From a virus: a stretch of 64,000 nt of DNA. This document shows positions 6,905 to 16,229 of the stretch, in pieces (within the stretch, counting starts at the first letter, position 1; each line of letters starts with the position of its first letter). Where the stretch lies: positions 1 through 64,000 of the IMG/VR virus record IMGVR_UViG_3300021963_000083. One strand, written 5' to 3'. The translations under genes and the position numbers were made by a program. Below the pieces are notes generated by a model. It was not told the origin of the DNA, searched no databases, and saw nothing but the letters and a program-made list of their open reading frames with translations.

Positions 6905-8731
6905 ATGGCAAATCTTTTAAAGATTAAAAGAGGTACTAGAGCTCAACTTAATGCTGCTGTCACAGGTAATACATTAAATCTTGGCGAACCGTACCTAATT
7001 ACAGACGAAAATCGTATCGCAGTAGGTACAGGATCAAACAGTTATGAAGTATTCGCTAAATCTAGCGAAGTTCAGGCACTAGATGCCGACCTTACTTCAA
7101 TTTCTGGACTAACAGGTACAGGATTCCTAAAGAGAAGCGGTGTCGACACTTATGTACTAGATAATAGTACATACTTAACAGCAGAGAGTGATACATTAGC
7201 TACAGTAACTGGTCGTGGAGCATCTACTGCTACCGCAGTTACATTAACTGGAGGTGTAACTCTCAACGCTGCTGGCTCAACAAATGGCGCTATCTTTGCT
7301 GGTTCCACAAGTGGAACGACCAAAGTAGTAGCAAGTGCTGTTGCAGGTACAACTACTCTAACATTGCCTGCAAGTACTGGTACAGTAGCTTTAACAAGTG
7401 ATCTACCTACAGTAAACAACGGTACTCTTACATTTTCAATAGGTGCTGCAGGCGCAAGTAATACAACAGTTACAGTTGGTACTGGTACTGGATATAGTGC
7501 AAATACAGCAACTAATACAACATATAGTATTAGTGTAGGTCCGGCACTCACAGCCCTAGCCACATTCATGAATACAGCTACCGCTGGTTTCATTAGACGT
7601 ACAGGTACTGATACTTATGCTATTGATACAAGTACGTATCTAACTGGCAACCAGTCAATTTCTATTTCTGGGGACGCTTCTGGTAGTGGTACTACCGCAA
7701 TTACACTAACACTAGCAAACTCTGGTGTTACTGCGGGTACATATACTAAAGTACAGGTTGATGCTAAAGGACGTGTAATTGCTAGCAGCTCACTGGCTGC
7801 TTCAGATATACCTACACTTACTGCTGCAAAGATTAGTGATTTTGATACTCAGGTAAGAACATCACGTCTAGACCAAATGGCAGCTCCTACAGCTTCTGTT
7901 GCTTTCAACTCACAAAAGATCACAGGTCTTGCTGATCCTACCGCTGCACAAGATGCAGCTACTAAGAACTACGTGGATCTTGCTATTCAAGGACTCGATC
8001 CTAAAGCAAGCACTGTAGTAGCAACAACTGCTAACTTAACAGTAACAGCTACTACACAAACACTAACTAATAGTGGGACTCAAGCCGCACTAGCTATTGA
8101 TGGTGTCACACTAGCGGCGAATGATCGCGTACTTGTTAAAGATCAGACTACTCCTGCACAAAATGGTATTTTCGTAGTAACCAACATTGGTTCCGGATCT
8201 ACAAACTGGGTACTTACTCGCTCAGATGATGCCAGTTTATGGTCTGAACTACCTGCTGCGTTTGTATTCGTTGAAAAAGGCTCCACAAATGCTGATAACG
8301 GTTTTCTATTCACAGTAGAGCAGGGTGGTACACTTGGTACAACTCCAATTACAATTACACAGTTCTCCGGAGCTGGACAAATTACCGCAGGTAATGGTCT
8401 AACTAAGACAGGCAATACAATCGACGTTGTAGGTACTGCTAACCGCATTACAGTTGCAGCCGATGCGGTTGACATTGCCTCTACCTATGTGGGTCAAACT
8501 TCGATCACTACACTTGGTACAGTAGGTACCGGTACCTGGAACGCTACAGCTATTGGCGCAATTTATGGTGGTACAGGACAGACAACATATGCAGCCGGTG
8601 ACATCCTTTATGCTAATGGTACCAATACTTTGACCAAGCTTACTAAGCCAGCGTCATTAGATTCATTTTTACAAATGACCAGTGCTGGTGTTCCATCATG
8701 GGTCAGCACAATTGACGGCGGAACATTCTAA
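6905..8731 (+). CDS. fibre-like structural protein, 608 aa
   Basis: KIKRGT N-motif, GTYTKVQVDAKGRV fibre repeat, DAATKNYVD, DRVLVKDQTTPAQNGI, C-terminal IDGGTF. Confidence 0.8.
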   Translation: MANLLKIKRGTRAQLNAAVTGNTLNLGEPYLITDENRIAVGTGSNSYEVFAKSSEVQALDADLTSISGLTGTGFLKRSGVDTYVLDNSTYLTAESDTLATVTGRGASTATAVTLTGGVTLNAAGSTNGAIFAGSTSGTTKVVASAVAGTTTLTLPASTGTVALTSDLPTVNNGTLTFSIGAAGASNTTVTVGTGTGYSANTATNTTYSISVGPALTALATFMNTATAGFIRRTGTDTYAIDTSTYLTGNQSISISGDASGSGTTAITLTLANSGVTAGTYTKVQVDAKGRVIASSSLAASDIPTLTAAKISDFDTQVRTSRLDQMAAPTASVAFNSQKITGLADPTAAQDAATKNYVDLAIQGLDPKASTVVATTANLTVTATTQTLTNSGTQAALAIDGVTLAANDRVLVKDQTTPAQNGIFVVTNIGSGSTNWVLTRSDDASLWSELPAAFVFVEKGSTNADNGFLFTVEQGGTLGTTPITITQFSGAGQITAGNGLTKTGNTIDVVGTANRITVAADAVDIASTYVGQTSITTLGTVGTGTWNATAIGAIYGGTGQTTYAAGDILYANGTNTLTKLTKPASLDSFLQMTSAGVPSWVSTIDGGTF

Positions 8732-8771
8732 TAATTAAAGCCCCGCTTATATAAGCACTGGAGGGAGGCAT

Positions 8772-10166
8772 ATGCCAAATACAATTCAATTAAGAAGGTC
8801 GGCTACTGCAAATGCGGTGCCGACCACCGCGCAGCTAGCCCTTGGTGAGCTGGCTATTAATACGACTGATGGTAAGTTATACTTAAAGAAAAACGTTAGT
8901 GGTACAGAATCAATCGTAGAAATAGGTGCTGGTGGGGCAAGCATTAGTGTATCTGATACAGCCCCATCATCCCCAGGTAATGGCTCACTATGGTGGAACA
9001 GCACTGTTGGTGTTCTAAAAATTTACTATAATGATGGTACATCTAGTCAATGGGTCGATGCCTATGCGACACCTGTAGGCGTTACATCTGGCGGAGTGGC
9101 ATACCCACAGAACGTCCAAAACGGCAACTACACTCTCGTTTTGGGTGACGCTGGTAAGCATATTTACTCCAGTAATACCGGCGCACAGACCATTACAATC
9201 CCGACAAACGCGTCGGTGGCCTTCCCAATCGGGACGCTGGTTACGATTGTGAACGATGGTACTACTGATATTTCGCTTTCTGTTACAGGAGTGTCTGTCT
9301 ATAATAACGGTGCTATTTTTACTCTTGGTAATCCACAGATAGCTTCCGGCATGGCGGTTCAGCTTATTAAAACTGGAACTAATGCTTGGAAAGCAACATT
9401 CGGCACAATGCTTAACATTATACCTCTTCAGTATCTTGTTATTGGTGGCGGCGGTGGTGGTAACTCATCGAATGGCGGTGGTGGCGGCGCTGGCGGGTAT
9501 GTAACTGGTTCTCAAACATTTACCGGAGGAACCATTGCGGTAACTGTAGGTGCTGGTGGGAGCGTGAACGTCAATGGCGCTAATTCATCCTTGGGTGCAA
9601 TTTCTACTGCAATAGGTGGTGGTCGCGGCGGCGGTGATGGAGGCGGCGGCGTTACTGGAAGCTCTGGCGGCTCTGGCGGTGGCGGTGGTGGCTATGGGCC
9701 TTCTGCTGGTGGCTCAGGTACTGCTGGACAAGGTAATAATGGCGGCAATAGCGGTGACGGTTATGGGTGTGCAGGTGGTGGAGGCGCAGGTGAAGCTGGG
9801 CCAAACGGAGCGCAATATACACCAACCCGTGGAGGAAATGGCCTCGCATCATCAATTACAGGTACATCTGTAACACGCGCTGGTGGCGGTGGCGGCGGAA
9901 ATATTTTTGGGGCTCCCAAGGCTGGTGGTGATGGCGGCGGCGGTGCTGGTGGCGGTTCAGGAAGCGCTGCTGTATCAGGCACAGCCAATACAGGCAGCGG
10001 TGGTGGCGGACAGGCACAGACAGGCACTGGCGGTTCTGGTGGCTCTGGTGTAGTTATCATAAGTTCGCCTTTCGCCGCGGGTTCAACCACAGGCTCACCA
10101 ACAATTACAACATCAGGTGGGAACACAATTTACCAATTCAACTCATCTGGCACTATTACATTTTAA
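8772..10166 (+). CDS. fibre-like protein with C-terminal glycine-rich domain
   Basis: IQLRRS...GELAINTTDGKLY N-domain, SDTAPSSP..LWWNS module, YLVIGGGGGG...GGSGVVII domain. Confidence 0.8.
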   Translation: MPNTIQLRRSATANAVPTTAQLALGELAINTTDGKLYLKKNVSGTESIVEIGAGGASISVSDTAPSSPGNGSLWWNSTVGVLKIYYNDGTSSQWVDAYATPVGVTSGGVAYPQNVQNGNYTLVLGDAGKHIYSSNTGAQTITIPTNASVAFPIGTLVTIVNDGTTDISLSVTGVSVYNNGAIFTLGNPQIASGMAVQLIKTGTNAWKATFGTMLNIIPLQYLVIGGGGGGNSSNGGGGGAGGYVTGSQTFTGGTIAVTVGAGGSVNVNGANSSLGAISTAIGGGRGGGDGGGGVTGSSGGSGGGGGGYGPSAGGSGTAGQGNNGGNSGDGYGCAGGGGAGEAGPNGAQYTPTRGGNGLASSITGTSVTRAGGGGGGNIFGAPKAGGDGGGGAGGGSGSAAVSGTANTGSGGGGQAQTGTGGSGGSGVVIISSPFAAGSTTGSPTITTSGGNTIYQFNSSGTITF

Positions 10167-10175
10167 GGAAACATC

Positions 10176-10523
10176 ATGGCACATTTTGCAAAAGTTATTG
10201 ACGGCATCGTCACAGAAGTACTTGTTATCGAGCAAGACGTTATCGACACTGGTATGTTCGGCGACCCAGCACTTTGGGTGCAAACATCATACAACACTTA
10301 TGGCGGTCAGCATCCAGAAGGACGTCCGCTGCGTAAAAACTACGCAGGTGTTGGGTATACATACGATGCAGAGCGCGATGCGTTTATCCCACCACAACCA
10401 TTCCAATCATGGGAATTAAACGAAACAACTTGTTTATGGGAATCTCTTGTCGAATATCCAAATGACGGAAACCTATATTCATGGAACGAGGACTCACTTA
10501 ACTGGGACTTACAACAACCGTAA
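10176..10523 (+). CDS. conserved phage protein (MAHFAKV...WVQTSYN...RKNYAGVG), partner of glycine-rich proteins
   Basis: AAGGA SD; recognisable family motif. Confidence 0.8.
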   Translation: MAHFAKVIDGIVTEVLVIEQDVIDTGMFGDPALWVQTSYNTYGGQHPEGRPLRKNYAGVGYTYDAERDAFIPPQPFQSWELNETTCLWESLVEYPNDGNLYSWNEDSLNWDLQQP

Positions 10524-10574
10524 GCATAATTTGCTTGTGCGATTGCTCAGCCAAGGCAGTCCTTAGGATACTAT

Positions 10575-13500
10575 ATGGCATTAGATTTTCCGTCTAGTCC
10601 AACTAATGGACAGACTTTTACATCAGGAAGTAGAACCTGGACTTATAATACTACAACATCCTCTTGGGAGTCTACTAGCCCTGCTACTAGTCCGCAAACA
10701 GCTAACTATGTTTATGCGGCTCCAAATGGTGCGACAGGTCTTCCTACATTTCGTGCGATAGTCGCTGCTGATATACCTACACTTAACCAGAATACTACAG
10801 GAACAGCAGCTACAATTACTGGGGTTTACTCTGGTACAATAACTTCTTCGCAAGTAACAACTGGTCTTGGATTCACTCCATATAATGCGACCAACCCAAG
10901 TGGTTATACATCAAATCTTGGCACTGTAACGTCGGTTGGTGGAACTGGTACCGTCAGCGGACTTACTCTGTCAGGAACTGTTACTGGAAGTGGTAATTTA
11001 ACACTAGGTGGAACACTTTCAGTAACTGCATCAAATTTTGCATCACAAACAGCAAATACTTTTTTATCTGCTCCAAACGGGGCAGCAGGCACACCAACCT
11101 TCCGTGCGATAGTTGCTGCTGATATACCTACACTCAATCAAAATACAAGCGGCAGTGCCGGTAGTTTATCCGATTTCAGTAATTACATGGTTAATAGAGG
11201 TACTGTAGCCCAGGCTAATGTAGATACTGCTATTTTGAATGGTTTTTATACTCAGACTAACGCTTTAGATAGTCAGGCATTACTAGTATTTAATGCAGGG
11301 GGTTCTCTAGGCCCGCTTCAAATGACATTTACCTATGGTGGGTTAATGCAGTTTAGAAACAAAACAGATTCCGCAAACTTTACAGCATGGAAAACAGTTG
11401 TAACTGGGGTTTCTGGAACAGCCCCTATAGTTTCAAGCGGTGGAGCTACTCCGGCTATCTCTATAAGTGCAGCTACAACATCAGCAGCCGGCTCTATGAG
11501 TGCTGCCGATAAAACCAAATTAGATGGCATAGCTGCTAGTGCTAATAACTACGTTCTGCCAAAAGCAACCGCCTCAGCATTAGGTGGCGTGGAAGTATTT
11601 GATGCCACTGTTCAAACTGTAGCAGCAAACGCTGTTACTACCACAGCATCACGTACTTACGGCGTTCAATTAAATGCTGCTGACCAAATGGTTGTGAACG
11701 TGCCGTGGAGTGATACAACAGGAGACGCTACAAAGCTACCTCTCTCTGGTGGAACTCTTACAGGCGTACTTACTGTCCCAGCTAATGCTACAACATCTGG
11801 CGGAGGTATTAATTTCTCGGGCACGGGGAGCACCTTCATTCGTGGAACTAGCGGGGATGGTGCGAGCAGCACTACATCCAACCTACAGCTTCAATCGTGG
11901 TTTGGGATTGGGTTTGGCCCAAGCATTTCAGGACAAACTGTTCCAATTGGCGAAAATGCTGCTTGGCTTGATTGCCGTAGTGGTAGCTTTAGCGCAAGAG
12001 CGGATTTCCGCGCACCCATTTTCTACGACAGCAACAATACCTCTTATTATAGTGATCCAAGTAGCACCTCAAGGTTTTCCAATTTTCTTTTAGGCGGAAA
12101 TGAAGTTTATGTCTATGAAGGTACTACAAACGTATTAAATATTCGTACAGGGGCGAGTCCAAACCACAAATACTTTGGTTTTGGAACTGATGGTAGATTC
12201 ACAGCAAGTAATGGTGGTATTACATCTACTAGCGATGCACGTGCAACAATATTTTATGATGTTGATAACACAGCTTATTACATGAACCCCCTGGGAACAA
12301 CCAATCTTCTTGGAAATCTATACATAGCAAGAGATGGAACATCTAACGATGTGTTTGGTGGTTTAGAAGTCCGTGAGTACTCTTATGCTGGTGCAGCTAC
12401 TGGTGCAGCAACTGAGGCGCCAGGTATTAACTTCCACTGGTCAAACCGTGGAGCCGCTCGTATCTATATGAACGGCGCTGGTAACTTTGTATTTGCTGGC
12501 CAAAGTGATATTACAAATAATAGAAGAGATATTATCTTTGCTTCTGGCTATGCAGCAACCCGTGTTGACGCCCCAATCTTCCGTGATAGTGATGATACAG
12601 CCAGATTCTTTAATGGTACTGGCGGAATTAACTTCCTAACAGGTTCTAGCAACCGTGTCACAGTTTACAGCGATGACTCTGGTTTATACGTAAACAATGC
12701 TGAAGGGGCTGGTGGTCTTTTACGTCTTGGTGCCGCTTACAATCTTACAGGAATATACGTTAACCCAAGTCTTTATCTACAGTCAGAAAACACTATCTTC
12801 TTCCGTACTCAAAATGTACAAAGAATGTCTATTGACAGCAGTGGAATACTTACAGTATCTGGTTCTGCAAGAGCACCTATTTTCTATGATACCGACAATA
12901 CTGGTTTTTATGTAAATCCCGCTGGTGACACAAACCTTAACAAAACATTCACATATTTGGGTGGAAAGGACGTAAACACTAACTGGAATACTGGTTTCCA
13001 AAATACACCAGCTCAGTCCTACAATTTTCATGGAGATGTTTCTTCAGGTGGCCCAGCAGGTACATGGTGGTTCTACGAAAGTATGCGTCACTCAAACGCA
13101 AGTAATTATTGGGGTACGCAGATTGCTTGGGGCTGGGAAGATAATGCGAACAGACTACAACAGCGTAACGTTACAAACGGATCGTTCGGTGGATGGGTTG
13201 AGTATCTAAACACGTCCGATCGTACGTACAATGGTAACTTATATATGACCGGCTCCATCAGGTCTACGTCTAGTGATATGAGGGCACCTGTATTTTATGA
13301 CCAGGATAATACTGGCTACTACATAAACGCCGCGGGTACATCATACATCAATGCTTTAAATATTGGTCCTACTGCTAACGGTGCCTCATACCTAAATATT
13401 AATGGTTACAATGCCTATGGAGGTACAGGTTTTCATGGATTCCTGACAATCTATAACACATATGCTTCGGCAACAAATCCACAGCAATTTTGGAGATTGA

Positions 13501-13913
13501 ACGGTGCTGGTGGGTTTGAAATTGTTAACTCACCATACAATGCTGTGTTGTTTACATTTACACAGGGAGGCGACTTTACTGCTGCTGGTAACGTCACAGC
13601 TTATTCTGATCGTAAGTTAAAAGATAACTTCGAACCAATCTCCGATGCCATACAGAAAGTAATGCAACTTAACGGCGTAACCTTTACACGTATTGATAAA
13701 GAAGACACAACAACTCGTTATGCAGGTCTAATTGCCCAGGATGTAGAGCCAGTATTGCCTGAAGCTGTACAGAAGAACGATACCATGTCTTATGGGGAAG
13801 TACTCTCAGTGGACTACAATGGTACTATTGCTCTTCTGGTTGAGGCGATCAAAGAACAACAATTCCAAATCATTGAGCTTAAAAAAGAGCTTAATAAATT
13901 ATTAGGAGAATAA
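10575..13913 (+). CDS. tail fibre/spike with C-terminal intramolecular chaperone (peptidase S74)
   Basis: YSDRKLKDN...GLIAQDVE..LPEAV...VDYNG.IALLVEAIKE plus a coiled coil; repeated RAPIFYD..NT.YY motifs. Confidence 0.9.
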   Translation: MALDFPSSPTNGQTFTSGSRTWTYNTTTSSWESTSPATSPQTANYVYAAPNGATGLPTFRAIVAADIPTLNQNTTGTAATITGVYSGTITSSQVTTGLGFTPYNATNPSGYTSNLGTVTSVGGTGTVSGLTLSGTVTGSGNLTLGGTLSVTASNFASQTANTFLSAPNGAAGTPTFRAIVAADIPTLNQNTSGSAGSLSDFSNYMVNRGTVAQANVDTAILNGFYTQTNALDSQALLVFNAGGSLGPLQMTFTYGGLMQFRNKTDSANFTAWKTVVTGVSGTAPIVSSGGATPAISISAATTSAAGSMSAADKTKLDGIAASANNYVLPKATASALGGVEVFDATVQTVAANAVTTTASRTYGVQLNAADQMVVNVPWSDTTGDATKLPLSGGTLTGVLTVPANATTSGGGINFSGTGSTFIRGTSGDGASSTTSNLQLQSWFGIGFGPSISGQTVPIGENAAWLDCRSGSFSARADFRAPIFYDSNNTSYYSDPSSTSRFSNFLLGGNEVYVYEGTTNVLNIRTGASPNHKYFGFGTDGRFTASNGGITSTSDARATIFYDVDNTAYYMNPLGTTNLLGNLYIARDGTSNDVFGGLEVREYSYAGAATGAATEAPGINFHWSNRGAARIYMNGAGNFVFAGQSDITNNRRDIIFASGYAATRVDAPIFRDSDDTARFFNGTGGINFLTGSSNRVTVYSDDSGLYVNNAEGAGGLLRLGAAYNLTGIYVNPSLYLQSENTIFFRTQNVQRMSIDSSGILTVSGSARAPIFYDTDNTGFYVNPAGDTNLNKTFTYLGGKDVNTNWNTGFQNTPAQSYNFHGDVSSGGPAGTWWFYESMRHSNASNYWGTQIAWGWEDNANRLQQRNVTNGSFGGWVEYLNTSDRTYNGNLYMTGSIRSTSSDMRAPVFYDQDNTGYYINAAGTSYINALNIGPTANGASYLNINGYNAYGGTGFHGFLTIYNTYASATNPQQFWRLNGAGGFEIVNSPYNAVLFTFTQGGDFTAAGNVTAYSDRKLKDNFEPISDAIQKVMQLNGVTFTRIDKEDTTTRYAGLIAQDVEPVLPEAVQKNDTMSYGEVLSVDYNGTIALLVEAIKEQQFQIIELKKELNKLLGE
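10719..11146 (+). repeat. internal direct repeat (~78 bp x2) in the fibre gene
   Basis: APNGA.G.PTFRAIVAADIPTLNQNT encoded at ~10719 and ~11070. Confidence 0.8.
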
Positions 13914-13914
13914 A

Positions 13915-14289
13915 ATGATATACACATGGAAAATTAATACCATAAAAAAGCAGGATGATCCTTCCACAGAACTAAATGATATTATCGTGCAGACCTACTG
14001 GGAATGCACTGGCACTGACGAAAACGGTAATAGTGGCACTTTTAATGGTGCCACCCCATTTCAGCCAGACCAAATAGATGCAGCTAATTTTACTGCTTAT
14101 GAAAATCTAACTGAAGCGCAAGTTATTGGTTGGATTCAATCAGTAGTCAATGCAAATCCTGGCTACAAGGCTCATATCGAGGAGCAGATTCAGAAGCAGA
14201 TTGATGCTATTGTCACACCAATCACCGAAGTAACAGATGGAGCACTGCCATGGGCTCCTCCATCAGAAACTACACCACTAACCGCATAA
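13915..14289 (+). CDS. fibre-associated hypothetical protein
   Basis: YTWKI...W.C.GTD...F.AYENLTEAQVIGW...LPW; AGGAG SD. Confidence 0.75.
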   Translation: MIYTWKINTIKKQDDPSTELNDIIVQTYWECTGTDENGNSGTFNGATPFQPDQIDAANFTAYENLTEAQVIGWIQSVVNANPGYKAHIEEQIQKQIDAIVTPITEVTDGALPWAPPSETTPLTA

Positions 14290-14299
14290 AGGAGAATTT

Positions 14300-14479
14300 A
14301 TGAATAACCCAGAATTAGACCCAAAGCTTGAAGATAACCAGCAAGTACCTACAGTTAATCTTCAACTAAACATTAATGAATTAAACATCATACTAGCGGG
14401 TCTACAGGAGCTTCCGCACAAAGCGTCGGATCCTATTATACGCAAACTAATGCAGGAAGCCCAGGCTCAATTAGGATAA
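14300..14479 (+). CDS. hypothetical protein, 59 aa
   Basis: AAGGAG SD; MNNPELDPKLED...ILAGLQELPHKASDPIIRKLMQEAQAQLG. Confidence 0.75.
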   Translation: MNNPELDPKLEDNQQVPTVNLQLNINELNIILAGLQELPHKASDPIIRKLMQEAQAQLG

Positions 14480-14483
14480 TAAA

Positions 14484-15455
14484 ATGGCACTACCAACGAG
14501 CACAATCAGCATGTCTCAGGTTAATACAGAACTGGGCCGTAGTGCTACTGCTTCTATAAATCTAAATGAATCGGCTGTGCGCTCGTTGGCAGGTGTTGCC
14601 TCGGGGGCTATTTCTATGAATAACCTTCGAGGTAAGTCCGCGGCACCAGCTACATATACAGCATCTTACTTAATTGTTGCTGGTGGTGGTGGCGGTGGTA
14701 CGTGGCAAGGGGGCGGAGGTGGAGCAGGCGGTCTAAGGTCTGGCTCTACTACATTAAATAGAAATACAGTGTACACAGTTACCGTCGGTGCTGGAGCTGC
14801 TCTAGTTACCAACAGTGCTGGTAATAACGGCTCTGGATCTTCTGCTTTAGGCGTCTCTACAACAGGCGGCGGTGGCGGCGGCTATGGAGGCGGCGCTGCA
14901 GGAAAAAATGGTGGTTCCGGCGGCGGTGGCGGTGGATATAATTATGTTGCCAGTACTAATGGCAGTGGAATAAGTGGTGAAGGTACATATGGCGGAACCG
15001 GTAGCGATGCTGATAGCGGTGGCGTTTACGGTGGCGGCGGGGGCGGCGGTAGCTTATATCCTGGACAAGGTGGTTCTGACTTTGCCGGAGGTGATGGCGG
15101 TAGTGGTTCAACATCAAGTATTACCGGCTCATCTATAGTATATGCCGGTGGTGGTGGTGGAAGTAGTTATGGTACTAGCTCACCAGGAAATGGTGGAGAT
15201 GGTGGAGGCGGATCAGCAGGCACAAACTTTGTAGCTGGGCAACCTGGGTTTACAAACAGAGGCGGCGGCGGTGGCGGTGGATTTAATGCCGGAGGTGGTT
15301 CGACTAACGCTGGTGGCGCAGGAGGTTCTGGCGTAGTTATTATTTCAGTACCAACATCATCCTACACGGGAACTACAACCGGATCACCAGTAATCACAAC
15401 AAGTGGTGCAAATACTATTCTTAAATTTAATTCATCAGGAAGTTACACAGCGTGA
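14484..15455 (+). CDS. glycine-rich fibre-tip-like protein
   Basis: MALPTSTISMSQVNTELG...ISMNNLRGKS N-domain plus a glycine-rich domain paralogous to 8772..10166. Confidence 0.8.
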   Translation: MALPTSTISMSQVNTELGRSATASINLNESAVRSLAGVASGAISMNNLRGKSAAPATYTASYLIVAGGGGGGTWQGGGGGAGGLRSGSTTLNRNTVYTVTVGAGAALVTNSAGNNGSGSSALGVSTTGGGGGGYGGGAAGKNGGSGGGGGGYNYVASTNGSGISGEGTYGGTGSDADSGGVYGGGGGGGSLYPGQGGSDFAGGDGGSGSTSSITGSSIVYAGGGGGSSYGTSSPGNGGDGGGGSAGTNFVAGQPGFTNRGGGGGGGFNAGGGSTNAGGAGGSGVVIISVPTSSYTGTTTGSPVITTSGANTILKFNSSGSYTA

Positions 15456-15490
15456 ATCATTTCACAAAAGCTATAAACAGGCCTTTTTAA
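15452..15490 (+). pseudogene. truncated relic of a MAHFAKV-family gene
   Basis: GTG AAT CAT TTC ACA AAA GCT ATA AAC... = MNHFTKAINRPF*, versus MAHFAKVIDG at 10176, in the same position after a glycine-rich gene. Confidence 0.55.
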
Positions 15491-15498
15491 AAAATGTC

Positions 15499-15527
15499 TT
15501 GACTTTCGATCTATTTTGCATTATATT
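15499..15527 (+). promoter_or_regulatory. promoter for tRNAs
   Basis: TTGACT-17-TATATT. Confidence 0.75.
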
Positions 15528-15540
15528 GATAATAACAAAT

Positions 15541-15623
15541 GAGGGCGTGGCGAAATGGTAGACGCAAGAGACTTAAAATCTCTCGGTTCATCCGTGCGGG
15601 TTCGAGTCCCGCCGCCCTTACCA
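15541..15623 (+). tRNA. tRNA-Leu(TAA)
   Basis: GAGGGCG/CGCCCTT stem, AGAGA-CTTAAAA-TCTCT, variable arm, CCA. Confidence 0.95.
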
Positions 15624-15624
15624 T

Positions 15625-15715
15625 AGTCCTATAGCTTAAAGGTAGAGCGGTCGGATTTATATCCCGAAGCCCAGATTAGGGATCGGTCTCGGTTCGAATC
15701 CGAGTAGGACTACCA
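15625..15715 (+). tRNA. tRNA-Ile(TAT) with long variable arm
   Basis: AGTCCTA/TAGGACT stem, loop TTTATAT, extra arm CCC-AGATTA-GGG, T-arm CTCGG-TTCGAAT-CCGAG, ACCA. Confidence 0.8.
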
Positions 15716-15729
15716 GTTTTGGAGGAAGT

Positions 15730-15912
15730 ATGAAAGTAGTTATCACAAGTAGTTATCCTCTTCGGGATGGAAATATTACTTCTTATTACAGTTTTCCCGT
15801 ATACTCTACTGATATAGAGGAAACTCTGTGCAGACAGCTAGAGTTCCTTAAGCAGTATGATAAATTCTCTCTCGAAATGAAGATTACACAGGGATCTGAA
15901 AAAAGTTCTTGA
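15730..15912 (+). CDS. hypothetical protein
   Basis: GGAGG SD; 60 aa. Confidence 0.65.
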   Translation: MKVVITSSYPLRDGNITSYYSFPVYSTDIEETLCRQLEFLKQYDKFSLEMKITQGSEKSS

Positions 15913-15937
15913 CATTATAGTATAACTTAGCTATAGT
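15909..15937 (+). promoter_or_regulatory. promoter
   Basis: TTGACA-17-TATAGT (context GCTATAGT). Confidence 0.8.
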
Positions 15938-15962
15938 ATGTTTTCAATGAAAGGAAAGCCCA

Positions 15963-16229
15963 ATGAACATCGAAGCTATTCGAAACCTGCTAAAAACAGA
16001 TTTAGTTACTGTAGTCTTTACCAAAAAGGACGGGACTAAGCGCGAGATGCATTGCACTACTATTTCTGAGTATCTCCCTGAGATAGCTCGTAGTATTACT
16101 AATATGCCACCAAAAGAAGATGTTGTAACTGTATGGGATCTAGAGCAGAACGCTTGGCGTTCATTCTTGCTCGATTCTATCGTATCTATTGAGACGGATG
16201 ATTTTAAATATGTGGTTGAACGCGCGTAA
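15963..16229 (+). CDS. SH3/WYL-like small phage protein (DUF2693-like)
   Basis: VFTKKDGTKREMHCT...VWDLEQNAWRSF. Confidence 0.75.
   Translation: MNIEAIRNLLKTDLVTVVFTKKDGTKREMHCTTISEYLPEIARSITNMPPKEDVVTVWDLEQNAWRSFLLDSIVSIETDDFKYVVERA

Noticed and set aside
9440-15340. GGC/GGT runs as microsatellites or a CRISPR array
   Set aside because: These are glycine codons in glycine-rich domains; no fixed repeat-spacer periodicity was seen anywhere in the window.
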